From contig JAGQVR010000002.1 of assembly GCA_020437875.1 (NCBI GenBank), positions 1 through 50,136 of the forward strand: 50,136 nt of DNA, in the 5' to 3' direction. This stretch comes from Flavobacteriales bacterium. Its GTDB lineage: Bacteria > Bacteroidota > Bacteroidia > Flavobacteriales_F > PHOS-HE28. Positions 34,789 to 43,085 of the stretch are shown one piece after another. Under the pieces are notes generated by a model. That model saw only the letters and a program-made list of their open reading frames with translations. It did not search any database and was not told where the DNA came from. Position 1 is the first letter of the stretch, and every line of letters starts with the position of its first letter. The position numbers and the translations under genes were made by a program.

Positions 34789-36554
34789 GCGATGGCGACG
34801 GCCCGTCCAGGGTCCGCCTCGTTCACGAGCACATCGACCACTTCTGGCTTGAGGTCCTTGATGTTCAACTGCAGGCTGCGCCGCCCATTCCATTCGTTCT
34901 CCTCGAGCGTGTACACGATGCTGAACGGGGAACCGCTCTTCACCAGTTCCAAGTGCCCACCGAGCCGGAAACCGATCGCATCAAAGACGGGTCCGTGGCC
35001 TCCGGCCGCGCGCACCGCACACTTCAGGTGGTCCTCGCCAACGATGCGTGCCTGACCCGTGTCGACCACTCCCCGTGTCATCAGGAGCGGCTTCATATTG
35101 CCGGGACCGAATGGTTCCATGTGATGGAGGATGCGGGCCAGCGGTTCGTCCAGGTCGCGGAGCACCACCTCGGCATCCACCTCCTCCTCCGGCACGCGCA
35201 ATGCCGGGTCCATGGTGGCGCGCACCACCTCATCGAAGCGTGCGCGGAAGGCATCGACATTGGCCAGTGGCATCGTCAGGCCGGCTGCGTACATGTGACC
35301 ACCGAACTGGTCGAGCAGGTCGCTGCACGCATTGATCGCTTCGTAAACATCGAAGCCCTTCACACTGCGCGCGCTCCCGACCGCCTTCCCCTGACTTTCC
35401 GTGAGCACCACGGTGGGCCGGTAGTACTGTTCGATCAGGCGGGAAGCGACGATCCCGATCACTCCCTTGTGCCATCCCGGGTCGAAGACGACCGTGCTCC
35501 ACGCATCACGCTGCGCTTCATCCTTTTCGATATGATCCAGTGCGGACTCCGTGATGTTCTTGTCCAGTTCCTGCCGCGCGGTGTTGTTGCCATCCACACG
35601 CAGGCCGATCTGGTCCGCCTGTTCCTGGTCCTTCGCTAACAGCAGCTCCACCGCCTGTCGCCCATGCTCGATCCTACCGGCCGCATTGATCCGCGGCCCG
35701 ATCGTGAAGACCAGCTCCGAAACGCCAAGACGCCGCTTCACGTTGGCCATCTGCATCATCGCCTTGATCCCTGGTCGGGGGTCCTGGTTCACGCGCTTCA
35801 AGCCGAAGTGGGTGAGCACCCGGTTCTCGCCGGTCACCGGGACGATGTCGCATGCGGTGCTCACGGCCACCAGGTCGAGCAAGGTCTCGATCTCGCTCTG
35901 TGGTATGTCGTTGCGCTGCGCCAGGCCCTGCACCAGCTTGAATCCGATGCCACAACCGCTCAGTTCCTTGTACGGGTATGGACAATCGGTCCGTTTGGGA
36001 TCGAGCACGGCCACGGCTTTCGGGAGTTCATCGCCAGGGCGGTGGTGATCGCAGATGATCATATCGACGCCACGTTCCGTTGCGTAGGCCACCTTGTCCA
36101 AGGCCTTGATGCCACAGTCCAGTGCAATGATCAAGCCCGCACCCTCGCTCACCGCTCGATCGATACCCTGGAACGAGATACCATAACCTTCGGTGTATCG
36201 GTCGGGGATGTAGAAGGAGAGGTTCCCAGTGAAGCGGGAAAGGAAGGAATAGACCAGTGCGACAGCGGTGGTACCATCCACATCATAGTCCCCATAGACC
36301 ATGATCCGCTCATTGTCGCCCAAGGCCCGTTCGATGCGTTCCACGGCGGCCTGCATGTCCGCCATGAGGAAGGGATCGTGCAAGCGCTCCAAGGTGGGTC
36401 GGAAGTAGACCGAAGCGGATGCCGGATCCTCGAGGCCGCGTTGTGCCAGGAGCGCCGCGGCCACGGGCGGGCACCGATCATTCACCAATCGGGCCACGAT
36501 CTCGGGGTCGGCCGGTCGCTTCAGGCGCCAGCGCTTCTGTCGGTGCGTACGCAT
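34785..36554 (-). CDS. recJ: Single-stranded-DNA-specific exonuclease RecJ
   Basis: 589-aa ORF. DHH motifs are present (VYGDYDVDGTT, ALDCG, ICDHH), plus the DHHA1 motif GGHMYAAG. Confidence 0.93.
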   Translation of the reverse strand: MRTHRQKRWRLKRPADPEIVARLVNDRCPPVAAALLAQRGLEDPASASVYFRPTLERLHDPFLMADMQAAVERIERALGDNERIMVYGDYDVDGTTAVALVYSFLSRFTGNLSFYIPDRYTEGYGISFQGIDRAVSEGAGLIIALDCGIKALDKVAYATERGVDMIICDHHRPGDELPKAVAVLDPKRTDCPYPYKELSGCGIGFKLVQGLAQRNDIPQSEIETLLDLVAVSTACDIVPVTGENRVLTHFGLKRVNQDPRPGIKAMMQMANVKRRLGVSELVFTIGPRINAAGRIEHGRQAVELLLAKDQEQADQIGLRVDGNNTARQELDKNITESALDHIEKDEAQRDAWSTVVFDPGWHKGVIGIVASRLIEQYYRPTVVLTESQGKAVGSARSVKGFDVYEAINACSDLLDQFGGHMYAAGLTMPLANVDAFRARFDEVVRATMDPALRVPEEEVDAEVVLRDLDEPLARILHHMEPFGPGNMKPLLMTRGVVDTGQARIVGEDHLKCAVRAAGGHGPVFDAIGFRLGGHLELVKSGSPFSIVYTLEENEWNGRRSLQLNIKDLKPEVVDVLVNEADPGRAVAIA

Positions 36555-36579
36555 GGTGTGAAGGTACGGTCACACCGGA

Positions 36580-37461
36580 TCACTCCTTGCTCAATCGCAT
36601 GCGCGCATCGGCAAGCGCCTCTTTGCCTCGGGCATCGATCTCGGGCTTGCGCAGCTGGAGGGCTTCGAGCTGCTCCCGCACCAGGCGACCCACGATCGCA
36701 CGCGTTTCCCACTGATCGTCCGCCGGTACGATGAACCAAGGTGCATGCGGCGCTGCCGTTGCCCCGATGGCATCGGCGTAAGCCTTCTGGTAGTCGTTCC
36801 AGAAGCCCCGTTCGGTCACATCCCCCGGACTGAACTTCCAGTTCTTCTCCGGGTCGTCGATCCGTTCCAGGAAACGCTCCTTCTGCGCGGCCTTGCCCAT
36901 GTGCAGGAAGAACTTCATGATGGTGACCCCTTGGGCGGCCAGGTGGGCCTCGAAGGCCCGGATGGACGCATAGCGATCCTTCCAGAAGTGCCCGGGAAGG
37001 TCTGCTGGATCCAGGCCTGGGATGCGCTGTGCCGCGAGGAAGGCAGGGTGCACCTTCACCACAAGCACCTCCTCATAGTGGCTGCGGTTATGCACCCCGA
37101 TCATACCCCGCGCCGGTACCGCCTTCGCGTGGCGCCAAAGGAAGTCATGCCCGAGCTCTTCAGCGCTCGGGGCCTTGAACGAGGTGACCTGGCAGCCCTG
37201 CGGGTTCACTCCGCTCAGGACGTGGCGGATGCAACTGTCCTTCCCGGCCGCGTCCATGGCCTGGAAGATCAATAGAAGGGCGTGTGAGCCTTGGGCGTAC
37301 AGCAGTTCCTGGAGATCACTGATACGGTCCCGGTCGTCCGCCACCGCATCCTTCAAGACCTTCTTGGCATGCACATCGGGCAGGTCCGTGGGGTATGCCT
37401 GAAGGTCGATGTCACGGGGGCCATCCACCCGGCAAGCATCAAGGTCGATCCGCTCGTACAT
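36580..37461 (-). CDS. ppk2: Polyphosphate kinase 2 family protein
   Basis: 293-aa ORF. The Walker-A-like motif is QAMDAAGKDS. FLWR, NRSHYE and FFLH are PPK2 motifs. It has a single PPK2 domain. Confidence 0.85.
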   Translation of the reverse strand: MYERIDLDACRVDGPRDIDLQAYPTDLPDVHAKKVLKDAVADDRDRISDLQELLYAQGSHALLLIFQAMDAAGKDSCIRHVLSGVNPQGCQVTSFKAPSAEELGHDFLWRHAKAVPARGMIGVHNRSHYEEVLVVKVHPAFLAAQRIPGLDPADLPGHFWKDRYASIRAFEAHLAAQGVTIMKFFLHMGKAAQKERFLERIDDPEKNWKFSPGDVTERGFWNDYQKAYADAIGATAAPHAPWFIVPADDQWETRAIVGRLVREQLEALQLRKPEIDARGKEALADARMRLSKE

Positions 37462-37514
37462 GGAATTTCGTTGGGGAACAAGTTTATGTCGCAGCCGTTC
37501 ACCATTTTGGCGAC

Positions 37515-39032
37515 ATGGTATCCAAGACCCAGCTGTTGCTCCTCGCCTCCGCCCTGCTCCTAACGGGTTGTGCCACCCTGATCGGGGGCAAGGATACCGG
37601 CATGGACGTGCTGTCCGAACCGGGTGAAGCGATCGTTTACGTGAACGGGAACCAACGCGGCACCACCCCGTTCCGTTACGTGTACGACCCGTCGGATGGG
37701 AAGGAGGTGATGTTCGAGGTCCGGAAGAACGGGTACGTGCCCGGCACGTTCAGCCTGCGGCCAAGCATGAACAATGGAGTCCTCTTCGCGGATGCCATGC
37801 TGCTCGGCATACCCTACATCGTCGATCGGAAGAGCCCGGCCCTGTATCAACTTCCCGTCAATTCGTACACCGCGAGCCTTTACAAGGAAGTCCCGGCGGA
37901 CCGACAACGTCAGTTGATACCGGTGGCCCCGTTGACGGTCTCATTGGGCGACCGACCCGATCTGGGAAAGGCGGGCGGCGTCCGCATAACAACGGGCACG
38001 GATGGGTTCTTCCGCGACCTGGCCTATCCCGAGACCGTGACGCACTCGGCGATCGCCGGGCTTTCGGATTCGTGGATGGATGCGAAGATGGCGCGACCGG
38101 GGACCCAGAAAGGTGATGAGCTGGTGCACCGGGCCAAGATCGTGCTGGCGCCGACCATCGAACGATTGTACAGTGACCTGAAGTGCCAGCGCCGGAGATG
38201 CTACGGACCCGTTGACCTGACGGTACGCTGGCAGCTCAAGAGTCCGCTGGACAAGGACAGTGTGTTGTTCGAGCGGACAACATCCACGACCTATCAGTCC
38301 ACAGGTCAGTTCGCCGACCAGATCCTGAACGATGCCCTACGCCACGCCGCAAGGCGGTTCAGCGAACAGGAAGAGCTCCCCGAGGTCGTGCAAGCTGCGT
38401 ACGGTGCCGGGCTGGCGCGATCGAAGGGTGCTGCCATGGAGATCAAGCGGCCCACGCCGATCCACTTCAACGGACGCAAGGAGATGCTGGCCGCGCTGGT
38501 CAAGGCTGTCGTCACGGTGCAGACGGAGAGTGGCCATGGGAGCGGTTTCCTCATCACCAATGACGGCTATATGATCACCAACCAGCATGTGGTGGGTGAT
38601 GAGGGCTTGGTGAAGGTGAAGTTCGAACAGGGCTTCACCCTCGATGCCCAGGTGATGAAATTGAACAAGGACTTCGACCTGGCCCTCCTGAAGGTGTCCG
38701 CCTCGGACATGCCCGCACTCTCCATCGGTGATGACCTGGGGCTCATGCTCGGCGAGGAGCTCTTCGCGATCGGCACGCCCATGGAGACGGCACTGAGCCA
38801 GAGCGTATCGCGTGGGATCATGAGCGGCCGGCGGGACATCGAAGGGCGCAGCCTGCTTCAAACGGACGTGAGCATCAACCCAGGGAACAGCGGTGGTCCG
38901 TTGATCGATGAGAACGGGCTGGTGGTGGGCGTGGCCACCCTGAAGATCAGCGGCAAGGGCCTGGAAGGCCTTGGCTTCGGCGTACCCATCTCGCAGGCCT
39001 TGGAAATGTTGAACATCACCTTCCAGCCATGA
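37515..39032 (+). CDS. Lipoprotein with N-terminal PEGA-like domain and C-terminal S1C (trypsin/DegP-like) serine protease domain
   Basis: 505 aa from MVSKTQLLLLASALLLTGC (lipobox). The PEGA-like segment is AIVYVNGNQRGTTPF..VRKNGY. The catalytic triad is TNQHVV / DLALLK / GNSGGPL. No PDZ domain is present. The middle ~200 aa are unassigned. Confidence 0.8.
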   Translation: MVSKTQLLLLASALLLTGCATLIGGKDTGMDVLSEPGEAIVYVNGNQRGTTPFRYVYDPSDGKEVMFEVRKNGYVPGTFSLRPSMNNGVLFADAMLLGIPYIVDRKSPALYQLPVNSYTASLYKEVPADRQRQLIPVAPLTVSLGDRPDLGKAGGVRITTGTDGFFRDLAYPETVTHSAIAGLSDSWMDAKMARPGTQKGDELVHRAKIVLAPTIERLYSDLKCQRRRCYGPVDLTVRWQLKSPLDKDSVLFERTTSTTYQSTGQFADQILNDALRHAARRFSEQEELPEVVQAAYGAGLARSKGAAMEIKRPTPIHFNGRKEMLAALVKAVVTVQTESGHGSGFLITNDGYMITNQHVVGDEGLVKVKFEQGFTLDAQVMKLNKDFDLALLKVSASDMPALSIGDDLGLMLGEELFAIGTPMETALSQSVSRGIMSGRRDIEGRSLLQTDVSINPGNSGGPLIDENGLVVGVATLKISGKGLEGLGFGVPISQALEMLNITFQP

Positions 39033-39658
39033 GCATGCGACACCTGCTCTCCTTGCTATTGACCGTATCGTTCGGGACCACCGGCCTTGCTCAGATGGGC
39101 ATCCACTACGGCTTCCATTTCGAGAAGCTGACCGAGGCGAACTCGGGATCGAACTGGCACATGGGCCTGGGCTGGGACTTCGACCTGAACGACCGGCTGA
39201 GCGGTGGGCTCGATCTCACCACCGATATGAATTGGACGGGCGACGACTATTACTATGGCTACTCTGCGGAATACGGTGAGCGATTGAAGGTCTTCGGGGT
39301 GATGTACCGTTCGCAATTCCATTTCATGGACAATGACGGCACCTCGGTGTATCTCGGTCCCACGATCGGACTTCGGGCTCTGAAGCAGAAGATCGAATAC
39401 GAGGAGGAGATCACTCCGGGCGCATGGTATACTTCGTACCAGCGGGTGCGGGTCGAGGAAAACGGCATGGTCTTCCCGCTCGGCTTGCGCCTTGGGGTGC
39501 GTGGTACCCTGGAAGGTGGATATGCCGATCTGTTCATCGGCGTAGGGACCTACCTCGGTAGCAATGAGCCATTCTCCAAGCTGCCCATCCTGGACGAGGA
39601 GAGCCTTCCGAAGCAGACCTTCTTCCAGGTGGGCATGAACTACGGGATAGGCTGGTAG
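39029..39658 (+). CDS. Small outer-membrane beta-barrel protein (hypothetical)
   Basis: 209-aa ORF. A signal peptide ends at GLAQ. The strands are Gly/aromatic-rich and alternating. The C-terminus is NYGIGW. The start overlaps the protease stop (ATGA). Confidence 0.65.
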   Translation: MSMRHLLSLLLTVSFGTTGLAQMGIHYGFHFEKLTEANSGSNWHMGLGWDFDLNDRLSGGLDLTTDMNWTGDDYYYGYSAEYGERLKVFGVMYRSQFHFMDNDGTSVYLGPTIGLRALKQKIEYEEEITPGAWYTSYQRVRVEENGMVFPLGLRLGVRGTLEGGYADLFIGVGTYLGSNEPFSKLPILDEESLPKQTFFQVGMNYGIGW

Positions 39659-39668
39659 GGGTCTGAAC

Positions 39669-39710
39669 GTAACGAAGCCCCGCCCACCGGGTGGTGGGGG
39701 GGCTCCGTTA
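39669..39710 (+). terminator. GC-rich terminator-like hairpin after the beta-barrel gene
   Basis: AACGAAGCCCCGCCCACC-GGGT-GGTGGGGGGGCTCCGTT forms a long stem. No clear T-run follows. Confidence 0.45.
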
Positions 39711-39753
39711 CCTGAGGCTTCAGCCTTCAAGCAGGGCTAACGCGACAGTCGTC

Positions 39754-39930
39754 CTATCGGTATCCGTTGATGTATGCATTGGCGATGATCTCGCTCTCGC
39801 GGATCAGCCCCTGCACGATCTCCCGGATCACGTCGTTCAACTGTTGGTCCGTGTAGCGGTCCAGGTTGTTGTACACGTGCGTTTTCCGCTTGCTGCTTTT
39901 GATGAAGGCTATCTTGTCCTTCTTCGTCAT
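39754..39930 (-). CDS. Small hypothetical protein (58 aa, Lys-rich N-terminus)
   Basis: MTKKDKIAFIKSSKRKTHVYNNLDRYTDQQLNDVIREIVQGLIRESEIIANAYINGYR. Third codon positions are strongly G/C-biased even though the segment is about 52-53% GC by hand count. The ORF-track N-terminal extension (RHRPFYCRNRPP...) looks non-coding. Confidence 0.5.
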   Translation of the reverse strand: MTKKDKIAFIKSSKRKTHVYNNLDRYTDQQLNDVIREIVQGLIRESEIIANAYINGYR

Positions 39931-40090
39931 GCCCCCTTCTACGCGGACGCGGGGAAAAAGATCGCCCGCAAGTGACTTTGGCTTGTACGGCCCGGCTGGC
40001 GGGCGGTTCCGGCAATAGAAAGGCCGGTGCCGCGGGCCGCTCCAGAGGTGGCGCGACCCGGTCGACACCGGCTACGAGGGGGGGATCGCT

Positions 40091-40228
40091 CTATGCGATG
40101 GCCCGGGAACGACCGCGCAGGTCGCTCAACAGGCGAAGTGTACGCATGTACCGTTCCACATCACCGGTGAGCATCTGGCGCATCGCTTCGCGTTTCAGGC
40201 GCAGGTAGGGTTGGATGGCGGTCTTCAT
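40091..40228 (-). CDS. Small hypothetical protein (45 aa), below the ORF-track cutoff
   Basis: The reverse complement reads ATG AAG ACC GCC ATC CAA CCC TAC CTG ... = MKTAIQPYLRLKREAMRQMLTGDVERYMRTLRLLSDLRGRSRAIA, ending at a stop. Third positions are mostly G/C. It looks like a predicted helical hairpin. Confidence 0.35.
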   Translation of the reverse strand: MKTAIQPYLRLKREAMRQMLTGDVERYMRTLRLLSDLRGRSRAIA

Positions 40229-40374
40229 GGTAGTGGGTTTTCGTTGGTCCAAGCCATGTTGCCAAACGGCGTGCCAGATCCATCAGACCATAAGTGGATG
40301 CCTGGCGTTCAACCAGTTACACCCAGCCTCTCACCAAGACAGGTGAGGAATATCACCACCCCACGGGGATGCCC

Positions 40375-40382
40375 TATTTTCG
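40375..40382 (+). promoter_or_regulatory. Candidate -7 promoter box (TATTTTCG) 6 nt from the udk ATG
   Basis: Fits TAnnTTCG. ATG 40389 is the most upstream possible start in that frame, so a transcript from this box would be essentially leaderless. Confidence 0.35.
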
Positions 40383-40388
40383 CCACCG

Positions 40389-41039
40389 ATGCACCGTGGA
40401 GCCTACCTCGTCGGCGTGGCCGGAGGGAGCGGGTCGGGGAAGACCACGCTGGTACGTGCGCTCCAACAAGCCCTGCCCGAAGGCATGGCCTGCCTCATCT
40501 CCCAGGACGATTACTACCTCCCGATCGAGGCCCAGAAGCTGGATGCGAACGGAAAGGTGAACTTCGACCTGCCCGATGGGGTGGATATGGATGCCCTCGC
40601 TCGCGACCTGCGATCCCTGGTGGCCGGCGACCCGATCTTCCGCAAAGAGTACACCTTCAACCAGACGGACAAGGAGCCGAAGCTCATCGAGCTGCGCCCC
40701 TCACCCGTCATCCTGGTCGAAGGGCTCTTCGTGCTGCACCACGAGCCGGTGCGCGAGCTCTTCGACCTACGGATCTTCATCGACGCCAGCGAAGGTGCCC
40801 AGCTGGAGCGGCGCCTGAAGCGCGATGCCCAGGAACGGGGTTACGGCGCGGAGGATGTCCTCTACCAATGGGAGCATCATGTCCTTCCCGCCTACCGCAA
40901 CTACCTGCTGCCATACCGGCACCTGTGCGACCTGCACGTGGTGAACGAGAGCGGCCATGCCAGGGCCGTCACCGTCCTGCGCGATCACCTGATCCAAAGC
41001 GCTGGGATCGTTGAGCCGATCGACCTTCAGGGGTTGTAG
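40389..41039 (+). CDS. udk: Uridine kinase
   Basis: 216-aa ORF. The P-loop is VGVAGGSGSGKTT. QDDYY and the overall Udk pattern are present. Confidence 0.92.
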   Translation: MHRGAYLVGVAGGSGSGKTTLVRALQQALPEGMACLISQDDYYLPIEAQKLDANGKVNFDLPDGVDMDALARDLRSLVAGDPIFRKEYTFNQTDKEPKLIELRPSPVILVEGLFVLHHEPVRELFDLRIFIDASEGAQLERRLKRDAQERGYGAEDVLYQWEHHVLPAYRNYLLPYRHLCDLHVVNESGHARAVTVLRDHLIQSAGIVEPIDLQGL

Positions 41040-41623
41040 AGCCGGTGTTGCCGGATGTAGCTGAGCACCGCAGGTGGCAGCAGATCATCCACTGGCTCCC
41101 ACGCCCTTATCCGGCGCCTGATCTCGGTGGATGACAGGGGCAGCATGGGTGCTTCCGTAACGATGCGCAGCCCCGGATGACCGTGGAACGCCGACGCGGC
41201 AAGGTGTTCCTGGAAGCCATCCCGCGGGTACACCAGGAGTTCGTGGTGTTCAAGGATGTCCTCGGCGTCCTTCCAACGATGGAAGCTGGCCAGGTTATCG
41301 CTGCCGATGATCAGGGAGAACGTATGGTCCGGCCAGCGGTGCCGCATGAATCGCAAGCTGTCCACCGTATAGCTCGGTCTTGGCAGGTCGATCTCGAAAC
41401 CACTGGCGACCAAGCCATCCACGCCACGGACCGCGAGGCGTGTCATGGCCAGCCGGTGTTCGTCCGGGCTCAACTGGCGATCGGTCTTGAAGGGGTTCTG
41501 CGGCGTGACCACCAACCACACCTGATCGAGTTCGCAGGTGCTGAGCATGTGCTGCGCCAATGCCACATGGCCGAGGTGCGGTGGGTCGAAGGTCCCGAAG
41601 AGGCAGCCGATCCGCATGGTCAT
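41027..41623 (-). CDS. nadD: Nicotinate-nucleotide adenylyltransferase
   Basis: 198 aa from MTMRIGCLFGTFDPPHLGH, which carries the (H/T)xGH motif. The ATG overlaps the gmk stop (ATGA at 41620..41623). The 3' end overlaps udk by 13 nt (convergent). Confidence 0.9.
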   Translation of the reverse strand: MTMRIGCLFGTFDPPHLGHVALAQHMLSTCELDQVWLVVTPQNPFKTDRQLSPDEHRLAMTRLAVRGVDGLVASGFEIDLPRPSYTVDSLRFMRHRWPDHTFSLIIGSDNLASFHRWKDAEDILEHHELLVYPRDGFQEHLAASAFHGHPGLRIVTEAPMLPLSSTEIRRRIRAWEPVDDLLPPAVLSYIRQHRLYNP

Positions 41624-42192
41624 GCTTCGAGGAATCGTGCGACCAGTGCGTGCGCTTCCGCGCAAGCGTGTTCCAGGGTGTCATTCACCACCACGGCATC
41701 GAAGTGCGGTGCGTAGGTCATCTCCTGGGCGGCCTTGTCCACCCGCTTGCGCAGGCTCTCTTCACTTTCGGTACCACGCGCACGGAGGCGTTCTTCCAAG
41801 GCGGCGACACTGGGCGGGCTGATGAAGATGGACAGGGCACGGTCACCGAAGTGCTTCTTCAGATCGACACCACCGATGACATCCACATCGAAGATGGCAC
41901 TGTTCCCATTGCTCCAGATCCGGTCGATCTCGCTGCGCAGGGTGCCGTAATACTGCCCCGGGTATACCTCCTCCCATTCGATGAAGGCATCCCGTTCGAT
42001 CCTGCGGCGGAACTCGTCAGCACTGATGAAGAAATAGTCCTGACCGTCCACTTCGTAGCTCCGCTTGGCGCGACTGGTGGCGCTCACGGAGAAGGCAAGG
42101 CGCAGGCCCTGCTTCAACAAGCTGCGCACGATGGTGGTCTTGCCGGCCCCACTGGGCGCCGATATGATGATGCACTTGCCCGGGGTCGCCAT
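41620..42192 (-). CDS. gmk: Guanylate kinase
   Basis: 190-aa ORF. The P-loop is SAPSGAGKTT. Motifs in the style of TTRAPRPGE (SATSRAKRSYEVDGQDYFF) are present. Confidence 0.93.
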   Translation of the reverse strand: MATPGKCIIISAPSGAGKTTIVRSLLKQGLRLAFSVSATSRAKRSYEVDGQDYFFISADEFRRRIERDAFIEWEEVYPGQYYGTLRSEIDRIWSNGNSAIFDVDVIGGVDLKKHFGDRALSIFISPPSVAALEERLRARGTESEESLRKRVDKAAQEMTYAPHFDAVVVNDTLEHACAEAHALVARFLEA

Positions 42193-42194
42193 CT

Positions 42195-43064
42195 CTACAG
42201 CACGTTCAGCACCTGCTCCTTCACCTTCTCGAGCTCATCCTTCATCATCACAACGACCTGTTGGATGGCGGCATCGTTGGCTTTCGAGCCGAGCGTATTG
42301 ATCTCGCGCCCCATCTCCTGGGCGATGAAACCCAGCTTGCGACCCTGCGCCTCGGACCCGCCCATGGTCTCGAGGAAGTAGGTGCAATGCGATCGTAGCC
42401 GCACCATCTCCTCCGTCATGTCCATCTTCTCCAGGTAGAAGATGAGCTCCTGTTCGAAGCGGTCCTGGTCCACCTTGGCGCCGAGGTCGGTGAGCTTGGC
42501 ATGCAGGCGTTCCCGTGTGCGATCGGCGCGGCCCTGATCAGCCGCCTGGACCTCGTTCAACAACCGGCCGATGGTGTTGACGCGTGCGTCGATCTCCGTG
42601 AACAAACGCCCGCCTTCCGCTGAACGGAACGCATTGAAGCCCTTCAACGCTTCGTCGATCAGGTTGAGGACGGCGCTCCACTCCTCGTCCGTGGTCCGTT
42701 CACTGGAGGTGCTGGTCACATCGGGAAGCCGCAGCACATGCGCGAACAGATCGGTCGCGGCGGCCGGATCCACCTGGTCGCGTATGGAGCGAAGTTCGGT
42801 GTAGTAGGCCTGCACCAGTGCCATATCGAAGCTGGTCCGCTTGGTGACCTGCATGCCTTCCGTGGTGACGACCACTTCGACCTTGCCCCGCAGGATCTGT
42901 TCTCCCATCCGCTGGCGTACCTCGTTCTCCCGATCCTTCATCGCCGATGGCAGCTTGAGGAACAGGTCGAGCTGCTTGCTGTTCAGCGAACGGACCTCGA
43001 CGGTCACCTTGCGGTCGCTCACCACGCCTTCGGCTCGGCCGAAGCCGGTCATGGAACGGATCAT
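42195..43064 (-). CDS. yicC: YicC/YloC-family stress-induced protein
   Basis: MIRSMTGFGRAEG at the N-terminus and the C-terminal GFIAQEMGREINTLGSKAND are YicC hallmarks. I prefer ATG 43064 over the ORF-track TTG at 43073. Confidence 0.9.
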   Translation of the reverse strand: MIRSMTGFGRAEGVVSDRKVTVEVRSLNSKQLDLFLKLPSAMKDRENEVRQRMGEQILRGKVEVVVTTEGMQVTKRTSFDMALVQAYYTELRSIRDQVDPAAATDLFAHVLRLPDVTSTSSERTTDEEWSAVLNLIDEALKGFNAFRSAEGGRLFTEIDARVNTIGRLLNEVQAADQGRADRTRERLHAKLTDLGAKVDQDRFEQELIFYLEKMDMTEEMVRLRSHCTYFLETMGGSEAQGRKLGFIAQEMGREINTLGSKANDAAIQQVVVMMKDELEKVKEQVLNVL

Positions 43065-43072
43065 CTCGGCCA

Positions 43073-43080
43073 AATGTAGC
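43073..43080 (-). promoter_or_regulatory. Candidate -7 promoter box (TACATTTG, exact consensus) for yicC-gmk-nadD
   Basis: Exact TAnnTTTG on the minus strand, 8 nt upstream of ATG 43064. Confidence 0.4.
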
Positions 43081-43085
43081 CCGCC

